NCBI GenBank assembly: GCA_000252525.1
Contig: JH611156.1
Coordinates: forward strand, 102,219 to 166,218
Source of the DNA: SAR86 cluster bacterium SAR86A
GTDB taxonomy: Bacteria; Pseudomonadota; Gammaproteobacteria; Magnimaribacterales; D2472
DNA: 64,000 nucleotides
Direction of reading: 5' to 3'
In this document: positions 39,585 through 49,076 of the stretch, piece after piece
Layout: each line of letters starts with the position of its first letter
Numbering within the stretch: position 1 is the stretch's first letter
The notes under the pieces: model-generated
Told to the model about the DNA's origin: nothing
What the model saw: only the letters and a program-made list of their open reading frames with translations
The model's database searches: none
Made by a program: the position numbers and the translations under genes

Positions 39585-40400
39585 ATGTTAAGTTTAATTT
39601 CAACACCTATTGGTAATCTAGATGATATCTCATTGAGAGCAATTGATGTAATTAAATCAGCTGATTTCATCTATACAGAAGATACTAGGAGTTTTAAAAA
39701 AATTCTAGATTCAATTGAATGTAAAAAAAAATGTAAAAGTTTTCACGAGCACAATGAAGATATTATTTGTAAGGAAATTATTAAACATTTAAAAAATAAA
39801 AAACATGTTGTTCTTACTTGCGAAGCTGGAACGCCAGCTATATCAGATCCAGGATATAAACTAATTAGAGAATGTTTAAATCTTAACTTGAAATATACTT
39901 TGATACCTGGACCTTCATCTTTAATCAATGCTGTAGTATTGTCAGGTCTTCCAACAGATAAATTTTCTTTCTATGGATTTATTCCAAAAAAGAATAATGC
40001 TCAAAAAAAATTATTTCAAAAAGTTTCAAATGATGAAAAAACTGCAATTATGTTTGAGTCTGTCAAAAGACTCAGAAAAACAATTATTTCTATTTCAAAA
40101 CATCTTGATAATAATCGACATATTTCAGTTTGCAGAGAGATGACTAAAATACATGAACAAATTGTTCAAGGTAATTGTGAAGACTTACTAAAAAAAATTG
40201 ATGATGGAAGCTTGCCTTTGAAAGGAGAGATTGTTCTTGTAATCGAAGGCAACATTACTAACAACATCAATATAAAACTTGATAATAAAGTAAAAGATGC
40301 ATTTTTGGAAAAGTTATCAATATCTGATGCAGCAAAACTTTTATCATTAGTAACAGGTCAAAGTCGACAAGATATATATAAATTTCTGAATAATAAATAA
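39585..40400 (+). CDS. rsmI: 16S rRNA (cytidine1402-2'-O)-methyltransferase RsmI
   Basis: 271 aa. LISTPIGNLDDISLRAIDVIKSADFIYTEDTR is the tetrapyrrole-methylase-fold RsmI N-terminus. Confidence 0.88.
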   Translation: MLSLISTPIGNLDDISLRAIDVIKSADFIYTEDTRSFKKILDSIECKKKCKSFHEHNEDIICKEIIKHLKNKKHVVLTCEAGTPAISDPGYKLIRECLNLNLKYTLIPGPSSLINAVVLSGLPTDKFSFYGFIPKKNNAQKKLFQKVSNDEKTAIMFESVKRLRKTIISISKHLDNNRHISVCREMTKIHEQIVQGNCEDLLKKIDDGSLPLKGEIVLVIEGNITNNINIKLDNKVKDAFLEKLSISDAAKLLSLVTGQSRQDIYKFLNNK

Positions 40401-40418
40401 AATTATTTATAATACGCG

Positions 40419-40747
40419 ATGAGTTGGTTGGATGATCGCTAATTTTTTAGAGGAAAGTCCGGACTTCATAGAGCAGGGCGCCAGGTAACACCTGGGAGGC
40501 GTGAGCTTACGGAAAGTGCAACAGAAAATATACCGCCATTTTGGTAAGGGTGAAAAGGTAAGGTAAGAGCTTACCGCTTAAATGGTAACATTTTAAGGCA
40601 TTGTAAACCCCAGCCTGAAGCAAGACCAAATAGAAATCCTTTAAAGTTGCTCGCTTTGGATTTGGGTAGGTTGCTAGAATATTATGGCAACATAATATCG
40701 AGATAGATGATCATCATTTACAGAATCCGGCTTATAGACCAACTCAT
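40419..40747 (+). ncRNA. rnpB: RNase P RNA, bacterial type A (compact)
   Basis: P1 GAGTTGGT...ACCAACTC. Universal P4 strands AGAGGAAAGTCCGG and ACAGAATCCGGCTTA. GGTAACACCTGGG, ACGGAAAGTGCAACAGAAA, GGTAAGGGTGAAAAGG, GTAAACCCC and GCAAGACCAAATAG all align with E. coli M1 RNA. Lies between rsmI and mraZ, as in Pseudomonas. Confidence 0.92.
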
Positions 40748-40780
40748 TTAACTTATTAAGCAAAAAATCTTTAGCTTATT

Positions 40781-40820
40781 AAGTGTGAAAAAGTGTGTAA
40801 AAGTGTTGCATTGTGTGCAA
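40781..40820 (+). promoter_or_regulatory. Putative MraZ operator: four direct GTGTG/GTGTT repeats at exact 10-bp spacing
   Basis: aaGTGTGaaa / aaGTGTGtaa / aaGTGTTgca / ttGTGTGcaa at 40781, 40791, 40801 and 40811, immediately upstream of mraZ. Confidence 0.6.
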
Positions 40821-40840
40821 AAAGTCTTTATATTTTCATA

Positions 40841-41308
40841 ATGTTTGGATTTAATACACTTTCAATTGATAAAAAGGGGAGAATTGCTATACCTGCAAGG
40901 TATAGAGAAGATTTAAGAAACCAAAATCATAACCAAATTGTTGTCACAAAGGACCCTCAATACCCTTCTCTTAAAATTTATTCATATTCAGAGTGGAATA
41001 AAATTTCTTTAAAGTTGCAATCGCTGCAAGGATTAGATCCAATTGTTAGAAATCTTCAATGGACAATACTTGGTAACGCTCATCAAAGTGATATAGATAT
41101 TGATGGAAGAATGTTGGTAAGAATTCCATCCGATTTGCAAAAATACTCTGAAATAACAAATGAAAATCAAGTTGCTCTTGTTGGGATGGGTAACAAGTTT
41201 GAAATATGGAATATTCAAAATTGGGAAATGCGTCAAACAGGAGGTTCAATGTCTACTGAAATTTTAGATGTAGTACTCCCAGAAAGTATTAAAGAGATGT
41301 CATTTTAA
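40841..41308 (+). CDS. mraZ: Transcriptional regulator MraZ
   Basis: Start re-set to the ATG at 40841 (MFGFNTLSIDKKGRIAIPARYRE matches the MraZ N-terminus). A second SpoVT/AbrB-like repeat (DIDGRMLVRIPSDL) is present. Confidence 0.9.
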   Translation: MFGFNTLSIDKKGRIAIPARYREDLRNQNHNQIVVTKDPQYPSLKIYSYSEWNKISLKLQSLQGLDPIVRNLQWTILGNAHQSDIDIDGRMLVRIPSDLQKYSEITNENQVALVGMGNKFEIWNIQNWEMRQTGGSMSTEILDVVLPESIKEMSF

Positions 41309-41320
41309 AAGGGGAAAGAA

Positions 41321-42430
41321 ATGGATTTTGAAGTAATTGGACAAGCTGTTGAAAACGCAAAGATAAAAGTTGTTGGTGTTGGAGGTGGAGGTGGTAACGC
41401 TGTAATCCACATGATTAACCATAATATTGAAGGCGTGGATTTTATTTGTGCAAATACTGATACACAAGCTCTTTCCACTGCGGATGGAGCAATAACATTG
41501 AAACTTGGCAATGGTCTTACAAAAGGTCTTGGTGCAGGAGCGGATCCTGATATTGGCAGAAGAGCTGCCGAAAGTGATAGAAATGCTATTGAAGAGTTAC
41601 TTACAGGAGCTGATATGATTTTTATCACTGCTGGTATGGGAGGAGGTACTGGGACTGGAGCAGCTCCAGTGATTGCTTCAATTGCAAAAGAGATAGGTGC
41701 TTTAACAGTTGCAGTAGTTACAAAACCCTTCCGTTTTGAAGGAAAAAAAAGAATGGGAGCTGCGGAAAAGGGTCTTGCAGCTTTAGTTGAGGAAGTTGAT
41801 AGTTTAGTCACAATACCAAATCAAAAGCTTTATGAGATCTTGGGCGAAGATACACCAATGCAAGATGCTTTTGCTAAGGCAGATGATGTACTAAGAGGAG
41901 CTGTCCAGGGCATATCTGACATTATCATGAAAAAAGGACATATTAATGTTGATTTTGCTGATGTAAAAACTGTTATGTCAGAAAAGGGTATTGCTATGAT
42001 GGGTACTGGAAGAGCAAGTGGTAAAAATAGAGCAGAAGTGGCAGGTACTATGGCTGTTAAAAGTGAGCTCTTAGAAGACATTAATTTAAAAAATGCAAGA
42101 GGCGTTCTTGTAAATATTACTGCTAAGAAACCTACCCTTGGAGATCAAACAGAAGTTGCTGACATTGTTGATGAAATTGTCAGCGAAGATGCAAATATTA
42201 TTTATGGTTTAGTTTACGATGATACTTTTGGAGATGACTTACAAGTAACAATTGTTGCAACCGGAGTTGATCAGCGTGCACCTGCTTTAGTTATTGATAA
42301 TGAGCCATCAATGACTCTAAATCCAGTGGGACTTGATAAAGATAAAACCAGTCAAAAAGTTGGCACATCGTCTGCAGAGGCTATAGATTTCCTTGATGTG
42401 CCGACTTTTATGAGAAAACAAGTAGATTAA
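41321..42430 (+). CDS. ftsZ: Cell division protein FtsZ (in a non-canonical position)
   Basis: 369 aa. GVGGGGGNAV, tubulin signature GMGGGTGTGAAPV, C-terminal anchor-binding peptide DFLDVPTFMRKQ. SD AAGGGG upstream. Confidence 0.95.
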   Translation: MDFEVIGQAVENAKIKVVGVGGGGGNAVIHMINHNIEGVDFICANTDTQALSTADGAITLKLGNGLTKGLGAGADPDIGRRAAESDRNAIEELLTGADMIFITAGMGGGTGTGAAPVIASIAKEIGALTVAVVTKPFRFEGKKRMGAAEKGLAALVEEVDSLVTIPNQKLYEILGEDTPMQDAFAKADDVLRGAVQGISDIIMKKGHINVDFADVKTVMSEKGIAMMGTGRASGKNRAEVAGTMAVKSELLEDINLKNARGVLVNITAKKPTLGDQTEVADIVDEIVSEDANIIYGLVYDDTFGDDLQVTIVATGVDQRAPALVIDNEPSMTLNPVGLDKDKTSQKVGTSSAEAIDFLDVPTFMRKQVD

Positions 42431-42431
42431 A

Positions 42432-43325
42432 ATGTTACATTCTCCAGTTTTACTGGAAGAATCCGTCAAATTTTTAATTCAAAATATTAATGGCACATAT
42501 ATTGACTGCACTTTTGGAAGAGGCGGTCATTCAAACTTAATTTTAGATAAAATTTCAAAAAAAGCCTCTTTGTATTCTTATGATAGGGACCCTGAAGCCG
42601 TTCATTACGCTTCTTCAATTAAAAATAACAACTTTAAAATTTTTCACGATTCATTTAGTAATATTTCTTCCTATCATAAAGAGCAATCAGTTGATGGAAT
42701 AATTTATGATTTAGGGACCTGCTCAACTCACCTTGATAATGCCGAAAGAGGATTTAGTTTTAATAAGGATGGTCCATTAGATATGAGATTTGATAATTCA
42801 AATGGTATTACAGTTTCTGATTGGATAAATAAGGCTGGTAAAAAAGAAATCATGGATGTTTTATATACTTTTGGAGATGAGAATCACGGTAAGCTAATAT
42901 CTGAAGCTATTATTTCACATCGAGAAAAATATTTAATTGACACAACATCTAAACTTGCAAAGATAATTGAAGAAATATATCCAGATAAAAAAACTAAAAT
43001 TCATCCAGCAACAAAATCTTTTCAAGCTTTTAGAATTTTCATTAATAATGAGTTAGATGAATTTAAAAAATCTCTTCAATCTGCAAAAAAAATCATAAAG
43101 ACTAATGGGATAATCGTTACAATCGCTTTTCATTCGCTAGAAGATAATATTATTAAAAATTTTTTTAAACCATCTATAAAATCTTTTCCTAAAGATATTC
43201 CCTTAAACAATGAACAAGAATCATTTTTTGATTGCATAGCCAAAAAGGTAAGACCTTCTGATTTTGAAATTAAAAATAATCCAAGGTCAAGAAGTGCAAT
43301 AATGAGAGTATTTAAAAAGTTATGA
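42432..43325 (+). CDS. rsmH: 16S rRNA (cytosine1402-N4)-methyltransferase RsmH (MraW)
   Basis: 297 aa. HSPVLLEE...YIDCTFGRGGHS motif. Confidence 0.92.
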   Translation: MLHSPVLLEESVKFLIQNINGTYIDCTFGRGGHSNLILDKISKKASLYSYDRDPEAVHYASSIKNNNFKIFHDSFSNISSYHKEQSVDGIIYDLGTCSTHLDNAERGFSFNKDGPLDMRFDNSNGITVSDWINKAGKKEIMDVLYTFGDENHGKLISEAIISHREKYLIDTTSKLAKIIEEIYPDKKTKIHPATKSFQAFRIFINNELDEFKKSLQSAKKIIKTNGIIVTIAFHSLEDNIIKNFFKPSIKSFPKDIPLNNEQESFFDCIAKKVRPSDFEIKNNPRSRSAIMRVFKKL

Positions 43326-43597
43326 TCACATTTCAAAAGCTCATATGTATTATTTTACTCTGCTTTGCTGTTCTAGCTTTGAGTATTGAAAAAATAAAAT
43401 TGTCATGGGAAATTGCAACTCTTCATAATAATTTTGAAAATCTTCAGATAGAGTATGATGCTTTAAAAGACTTAAATCTTAAGTTGACTACGCAATTCTA
43501 TATTGAAAACTCTCCTGCAAATATTGAAAAAACTGCTAAAGAAGAATTAGGAATGATTAAAAAACAACCAAAAAAAATCATACAGAATGAGAAATAA
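43322..43597 (+). CDS. ftsL: Cell division protein FtsL
   Basis: 91 aa bitopic protein with a TM helix then a coiled coil. Lies between rsmH and ftsI. Confidence 0.7.
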   Translation: MITFQKLICIILLCFAVLALSIEKIKLSWEIATLHNNFENLQIEYDALKDLNLKLTTQFYIENSPANIEKTAKEELGMIKKQPKKIIQNEK

Positions 43598-45206
43598 AGT
43601 AAAGATATTAAATTGGAGATTTTTCTTGATTTGCGCATGCATCAGTTTTTCCATTCTTGCTGTTATATATAAAGTCTTTTCAATTCAAATTAAGGAAAGT
43701 AATTTTTTACAAAATGAAGGTAACAAGAGATATGTTAAATATAAAAATATTTCACCTGTACGAGGAAGTATATTTGATAAGAATAATTTTCCGTTGGCAG
43801 TTACTTTAGTAAACTATGATTTGTATGCTTTAAGAGGCTTTAAAAAAACAAATCTTTTAAAGCTAGCAGAAAATATTGAGATTGAATTTAATGACGTTGA
43901 TCAAGTTTTCGTTAAAAAAACACTTCTTAAAAAAAATATTTCAAAAAAAGAAATCAATAAATTAAAAAAGCTAAACATTAAAAATTTTGAAATAGAAACT
44001 CGTCACAGTAGACACTATCCCCTGGGAGAACAAATCGCACCTTTAATAGGTTTTTATGGGACTGATGGCGCTCAAGAGGGACTCGAAAAAAGCTATGATT
44101 CTATTCTTTCTGGTGTTCCTGGAAAAAAGAAGTACTTCAAGAATGCTAAACAAGAAATCTTTTCACAACCAATTGAAATTGAAAAAGCAGTTCAAGGTAA
44201 AGACATTCATCTAACTATAGATGCAACTCTTCAGTTCTTTGCTTACAAATATTTAGTTGAGGGTATAAGAAACAACAAAGCTAAAGCAGGCACTGTAGTC
44301 ATTTTAGACAACAAAAAAGGCGATGTTTTGGCAATGGCAAGTTATCCATCTTACAATCCAAATAATCCAGAAAGAAAAATCCAAAAAAATAGGGTTTTAG
44401 TAGATGCATATGAACTTGGATCAGTTTTAAAACCAATTATGATCTCTAAAGCTATTGACTTAGAAATTTTTAATCCAGAAGAATATATTGAGATACCAAG
44501 AAGACTGAATCTTGATGACAAAATTATTGTAGATACAAAAAATCATGAAAAGTTAACCCCAAAAGAAATTATTTCAGTATCAAGTCAAATTGGAGCATCA
44601 AAAATTGCTATAGCAATTGGCTATGATGAGCTAAAGCAGAATTATTATGACTTTGGATTTACAAAACCGGTGTCTTTGAATTTTCCTTCAACGGCATTTG
44701 GATATATGAACATTAAAGAAAAGGTTGCTGATAAAGAACTTGCAAGTTTAGGTTACGGTTATGGTATCACAGTGAGTCCTTTTCAAATTGCATCAGCATA
44801 TTCTGTATTTGCAAATAAAGGTTTTAGAAAGGACTTTAAGATCATTCAAAGTGATGAAACTACTCTAGAAAAAATAATAACTGAAGAATCTTCCATTCAT
44901 ATTCTGGATGCTCTTAAAAAGGTTGTTAAAGAAGGTACTGGAAAAGCTGCAGAAGTAAGGGGATTTTCAGAGGGTGGAAAGACAGGGACTGTTCATCAAA
45001 TTGTAAGAGGATCTGGATATGCAGAAGATCTTTATAGAGCATCTTTTGTTGGCATAGCTCCTTTAAGCGAAGAATCACTTACAATCTTTGTATCAATAGA
45101 TGATCCTGGATTAAATGCATACTCAGGTGGATCAGTCGCTGCCCCAATATTTGCAAAAATTGCAGAAAATTCTTTGAATTATATGGGGTATTTTGAAGAT
45201 GAATGA
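43587..45206 (+). CDS. ftsI: Peptidoglycan D,D-transpeptidase FtsI (PBP3)
   Basis: 539 aa. N-terminal TM helix. Transpeptidase motifs SVLK (SxxK) and KTGT. Confidence 0.9.
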   Translation: MRNKVKILNWRFFLICACISFSILAVIYKVFSIQIKESNFLQNEGNKRYVKYKNISPVRGSIFDKNNFPLAVTLVNYDLYALRGFKKTNLLKLAENIEIEFNDVDQVFVKKTLLKKNISKKEINKLKKLNIKNFEIETRHSRHYPLGEQIAPLIGFYGTDGAQEGLEKSYDSILSGVPGKKKYFKNAKQEIFSQPIEIEKAVQGKDIHLTIDATLQFFAYKYLVEGIRNNKAKAGTVVILDNKKGDVLAMASYPSYNPNNPERKIQKNRVLVDAYELGSVLKPIMISKAIDLEIFNPEEYIEIPRRLNLDDKIIVDTKNHEKLTPKEIISVSSQIGASKIAIAIGYDELKQNYYDFGFTKPVSLNFPSTAFGYMNIKEKVADKELASLGYGYGITVSPFQIASAYSVFANKGFRKDFKIIQSDETTLEKIITEESSIHILDALKKVVKEGTGKAAEVRGFSEGGKTGTVHQIVRGSGYAEDLYRASFVGIAPLSEESLTIFVSIDDPGLNAYSGGSVAAPIFAKIAENSLNYMGYFEDE

Positions 45207-46665
45207 ATTAGAGCAAATATTTGGTATCCAACTCCCTAAAAATATTAAAATCTCAAGCGTTGTAAATACAACTGATAAAGTAATAAAAGATTCTATTTTT
45301 TTTGGATTACAAGGAACAAGAGTGCATGGCAGTAGATATGCTGATAAGGCATTAGAACTTGGAGCTTCACTTGTTATTCATAACGATCCTGATTTCATTT
45401 CAAAGCATAAAAATATTTTTTACATTAAAGATCTTAATGATAAGTTAATTATGTTTCTTAATGCGTTTTACAACATTGATATTAATAGCAACAACTTTTA
45501 TGCATTTACAGGAACAAATGGCAAAACATCAGCAGCTTATTTGACCCATCAATTACTTCAAAAAATGAATTACGATTCAGTATACATTGGTACCTTAGGC
45601 GTCAAATTTAATAAAGAAGAAATTGATACCTCATTTTCAAAAAAAACAACACCAGATATTTTTGAATTATTTGAAATTGTTAATTCAATAAATTGCAAAA
45701 TGGATTCTATAAATGTGTGTATGGAACTCTCTTCTCATGCACTTGATCAAAAAAGAATTGACAAGATAAACTGGTTTTATTCATTATCAATAATGAATAT
45801 ACGTTCAGATCACTTAGATTATCATCTAAATATAGATGCCTACATAGATTCAAAATTTGAAATTTTCAGACTCAATTCGTCAATAAAATTAATTGATGCA
45901 GAGCTATTAGATCATTCGAAATCTTATGATTTTATTAATAATAATCATTCTTTAATTAGTATCAGTAACACAAATAATTTTTCAGACATATTTTTTAACA
46001 TCGAAAAACTATCTTTAAACAAATGTATTTTTTCAATACAAATTAATAATCCAACAATTTGTCAGAAACATGAAAAGCACAAAAAATACAAATTTTCCTG
46101 CAAAATATTTCCTGAATATAATATTTCTAATTTGGTTTTTGCAATATGCTCAATTGGTTTTGATGAATTCAGTGAGAACGAAATTAATGATCTGTCATAT
46201 TTAAAATTACCAAAAGGAAGGTTAGAGCTTATAAAAAATATACCTGCAAATGTAATTATTGATTATGCTCATAATGAACACTCCTTCCATACTGTTTTGT
46301 CATCTTTGAAAGAATTTTTTGAAAATTTAATTGTGGTTTATGGTTGTGGTGGGAATAGAGATAAAAGCAAAAGATCAAAAATGTTGAGTATTGCTACGGA
46401 AAATTGTGCTCAGGTAATTTTTACATCAGATAATTCAAGGACAGAAAGCTTTAATAATATACTTGCAGATTCAAAAAAAGGTAATGATCTTGATAAAGTC
46501 ATATCAATCGAAGATAGAAAAAAAGCCATCATTCATGGCACTGAGCTAATTAAGGAAAAAGACTGTTTACTTATACTAGGAAAAGGCCATGAAGTTACGC
46601 AAGATATTGGTGGAGAAATAAAACATTTTAGCGATCATGAGGTAATCAATGAGATTTATAAATAA
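45193..46665 (+). CDS. murE: UDP-MurNAc-tripeptide synthetase MurE
   Basis: 490 aa. Mur ligase P-loop FTGTNGKTS. dcw position. Confidence 0.88.
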   Translation: MKMNELEQIFGIQLPKNIKISSVVNTTDKVIKDSIFFGLQGTRVHGSRYADKALELGASLVIHNDPDFISKHKNIFYIKDLNDKLIMFLNAFYNIDINSNNFYAFTGTNGKTSAAYLTHQLLQKMNYDSVYIGTLGVKFNKEEIDTSFSKKTTPDIFELFEIVNSINCKMDSINVCMELSSHALDQKRIDKINWFYSLSIMNIRSDHLDYHLNIDAYIDSKFEIFRLNSSIKLIDAELLDHSKSYDFINNNHSLISISNTNNFSDIFFNIEKLSLNKCIFSIQINNPTICQKHEKHKKYKFSCKIFPEYNISNLVFAICSIGFDEFSENEINDLSYLKLPKGRLELIKNIPANVIIDYAHNEHSFHTVLSSLKEFFENLIVVYGCGGNRDKSKRSKMLSIATENCAQVIFTSDNSRTESFNNILADSKKGNDLDKVISIEDRKKAIIHGTELIKEKDCLLILGKGHEVTQDIGGEIKHFSDHEVINEIYK

Positions 46666-47992
46666 TACTTCAGATCTATCAAAATATCTTGGAATAAGAA
46701 TTGAAAACCAAGCTTTAATTAAAAAAATTTCAACTGATACGCGAACAATAAAACAAGGCTCGCTGTTTATAGCGATAAAGGGTAAAAACTTCAATGGAAA
46801 CGATTATGTTCAGGATGCTTTTAAAAAAGGTGCAGTCTTGGCACTTGTTGACGATTTAAGATTTAAAGATTCAAAAAATAAAAAAATTATATATGTAAAA
46901 AATACTATCGAGTCTTTAACAAAGATCGGTAAAAATATTATTAAAGATTTTGAAGGCAAAGTTATTGCAATTACAGGCAGTAATGGGAAAACTTCAACAA
47001 CTAGTATAGTAGCTGATTCACTGAGAAAAGTTTCAACTACTATTGAAAATTTTAATAATGAAATTGGTGTTCCATTAAGTTTAATTAATGCATCTCCCAA
47101 GTCAGATTATTTAGTTCTTGAAATAGGTGCATCAAAATTCAATGATATTGATCACTTGAGTAAAATATTAAAACCTGACATAGGAATTATTACTAATATT
47201 GGCAACTCCCACCTTGAGGAACTTAAAAACACTAATGGTGTTTTAAGAGTTAAATCTGAAATAATTACGCACATAAAGAAAAATGGATTTTTAGTTGTCC
47301 CCAATGACAATGAAAAACATTTGAGTTTTTGGAAAAAAGTTAGAAAAGATATAAATATAGTTACTTTTGGAAAATCAAAATCTGCAGATTTTTATTCATA
47401 TAAAGCTGATTTGAATAGTGATGGTGCAAATTTTTATATTTCATCAAAAAATTTAGTTGATAGTATTAAAATAAAAACAACTTTAGAAGGAGAGCACAAT
47501 ATTATGAATATTCTCGCAAGTTGTGCATGCCATTTTTGTTTGAATCAAGATTTAGATTTATTCGCCAAAAAAATAAATTTAAATAAATTAACTATAAAAA
47601 GACAAAGAAAAACTAAATGGTTAAATGGCTCAACTCTTATAGATGACACTTATAATGCCAATCCCGACTCAACAAAAAAATCAATTGATTTATTATGCAA
47701 CTACAATAATAAAAAGAAAATTCTCATTCTTGGAGACATGCTTGAGCTAGGTAAATTCAAAAAAAATCTTCATAAAGAAATAGGCATTTATGCAAAACAA
47801 AAAGGTATAGATAATTTTTTAGGGTTTGGCAACCTTACAAAAGTTGCTGTAGATGCTTTTGGAAAAAATGGTTTTTTCTTTAATGGTGAAAAAGATTTAA
47901 AAGCATATATAAAGGATAATATATCCTCTAAAGATATTATTTTAATTAAAGGCTCTAGAGGAATGAAGATGGAGAGGTTTATAGATGTTTGA
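46649..47992 (+). CDS. murF: UDP-MurNAc-pentapeptide synthetase MurF
   Basis: 447 aa. P-loop ITGSNGKTS and DDTYNANP motif. Confidence 0.9.
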   Translation: MRFINNTSDLSKYLGIRIENQALIKKISTDTRTIKQGSLFIAIKGKNFNGNDYVQDAFKKGAVLALVDDLRFKDSKNKKIIYVKNTIESLTKIGKNIIKDFEGKVIAITGSNGKTSTTSIVADSLRKVSTTIENFNNEIGVPLSLINASPKSDYLVLEIGASKFNDIDHLSKILKPDIGIITNIGNSHLEELKNTNGVLRVKSEIITHIKKNGFLVVPNDNEKHLSFWKKVRKDINIVTFGKSKSADFYSYKADLNSDGANFYISSKNLVDSIKIKTTLEGEHNIMNILASCACHFCLNQDLDLFAKKINLNKLTIKRQRKTKWLNGSTLIDDTYNANPDSTKKSIDLLCNYNNKKKILILGDMLELGKFKKNLHKEIGIYAKQKGIDNFLGFGNLTKVAVDAFGKNGFFFNGEKDLKAYIKDNISSKDIILIKGSRGMKMERFIDV

Positions 47993-49070
47993 ATATTTAG
48001 GAACAGTACTAGTTTCAGTTGATCCTGGTTTTGATGTATTAAGGTATTTAACAGTAAGAACAATTGGAGGAACGATAACTGCATTAATAATATCAATCTT
48101 GCTAGGCCCAGTAATAATTAATTTTCTTAAGTCTATGCAATTTGAACAATTTGTAAGAAAAGAAGGACCAAAATCACATCATAAAAAAGGTGGTACACCA
48201 ACAATGGGCGGTTTAATAATTCTATCCTCTTTAGTAATTTCAACTTTGCTCTGGGCAGATCTTGGTAATAGATATATTTGGGTGGTTCTTGCAGTCACAG
48301 TTGGCTTTTCAATAATTGGATTTTTTGATGATTACATAAAAATTAAAAATAAAAGCTCAGATGGACTAACATCAAAGCAAAAATTAATTTTTCAATCTTT
48401 AATATCGATATTATCTATAAGTTATCTATATTACTCAGCTGAAATATTGCCAGAAACATCTTTTATAGTTCCTTTCTTCAAGGATTTGATTATACCTATG
48501 TCACCATTTTTATTTATTTTTATTGGCACATTTGTTCTAGTTGGATCTTCAAACGCTGTGAACCTTACAGATGGATTAGATGGATTGGCTATCTTGCCAT
48601 CTGTGTTAATAGGTGGCGCACTTGGCTTAATTGCATATGCAATGGGGAATAACTTAATTGCAGAATATTTGTATTTACCGCATCTACCACTTTCAGGAGA
48701 ATTAATCGTTTTTTGTGGAGCTCTCATTGGTTCAGGAATTGGATTCCTTTGGTATAACACGTATCCTGCTCAAGTTTTTATGGGTGATATTGGCTCCTTA
48801 GCACTAGGAGCAATATTAGGGATAATAGCTATCATTCTAAGACACGAATTAGTTTTTGCAATTATGGCAGGTGTTTTTGTTATAGAAACTTTGAGTGTTG
48901 CAATTCAAGTTATTTCATACAAAACAAGAGGTAAAAGAGTTTTTCTTATGGCTCCAATTCATCATCATTATGAATTAAAAGGGCTTGCAGAGCCTAAAAT
49001 CATTGTGAGGTTTTGGATAATCACTTTAGTACTGATTCTTATTGCTTTAGCTACTCTCAAGCTAAGATAA
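47985..49070 (+). CDS. mraY: Phospho-MurNAc-pentapeptide translocase MraY
   Basis: 361 aa polytopic protein. KKGTPTMGG, NAVNLTDGLDGLA and APIHHHYE motifs. Confidence 0.95.
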   Translation: MFEYLGTVLVSVDPGFDVLRYLTVRTIGGTITALIISILLGPVIINFLKSMQFEQFVRKEGPKSHHKKGGTPTMGGLIILSSLVISTLLWADLGNRYIWVVLAVTVGFSIIGFFDDYIKIKNKSSDGLTSKQKLIFQSLISILSISYLYYSAEILPETSFIVPFFKDLIIPMSPFLFIFIGTFVLVGSSNAVNLTDGLDGLAILPSVLIGGALGLIAYAMGNNLIAEYLYLPHLPLSGELIVFCGALIGSGIGFLWYNTYPAQVFMGDIGSLALGAILGIIAIILRHELVFAIMAGVFVIETLSVAIQVISYKTRGKRVFLMAPIHHHYELKGLAEPKIIVRFWIITLVLILIALATLKLR

Positions 49071-49076
49071 TTATTC

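Noticed and set aside
40793-40840. A GTG-initiated 16-codon extension of mraZ in the ORF track.
   Set aside because: The GTG is simply the second GTGTG operator repeat. The MraZ homology starts at the ATG at 40841.
41305-41811. A 168-aa ORF antisense to the 5' half of ftsZ.
   Set aside because: It is a Pro/Ala/Ser/Thr-rich low-complexity mirror image of the Gly/Ala-rich FtsZ codons. It has no SD or start context and lies entirely inside a very confidently called gene, so it is a shadow ORF.
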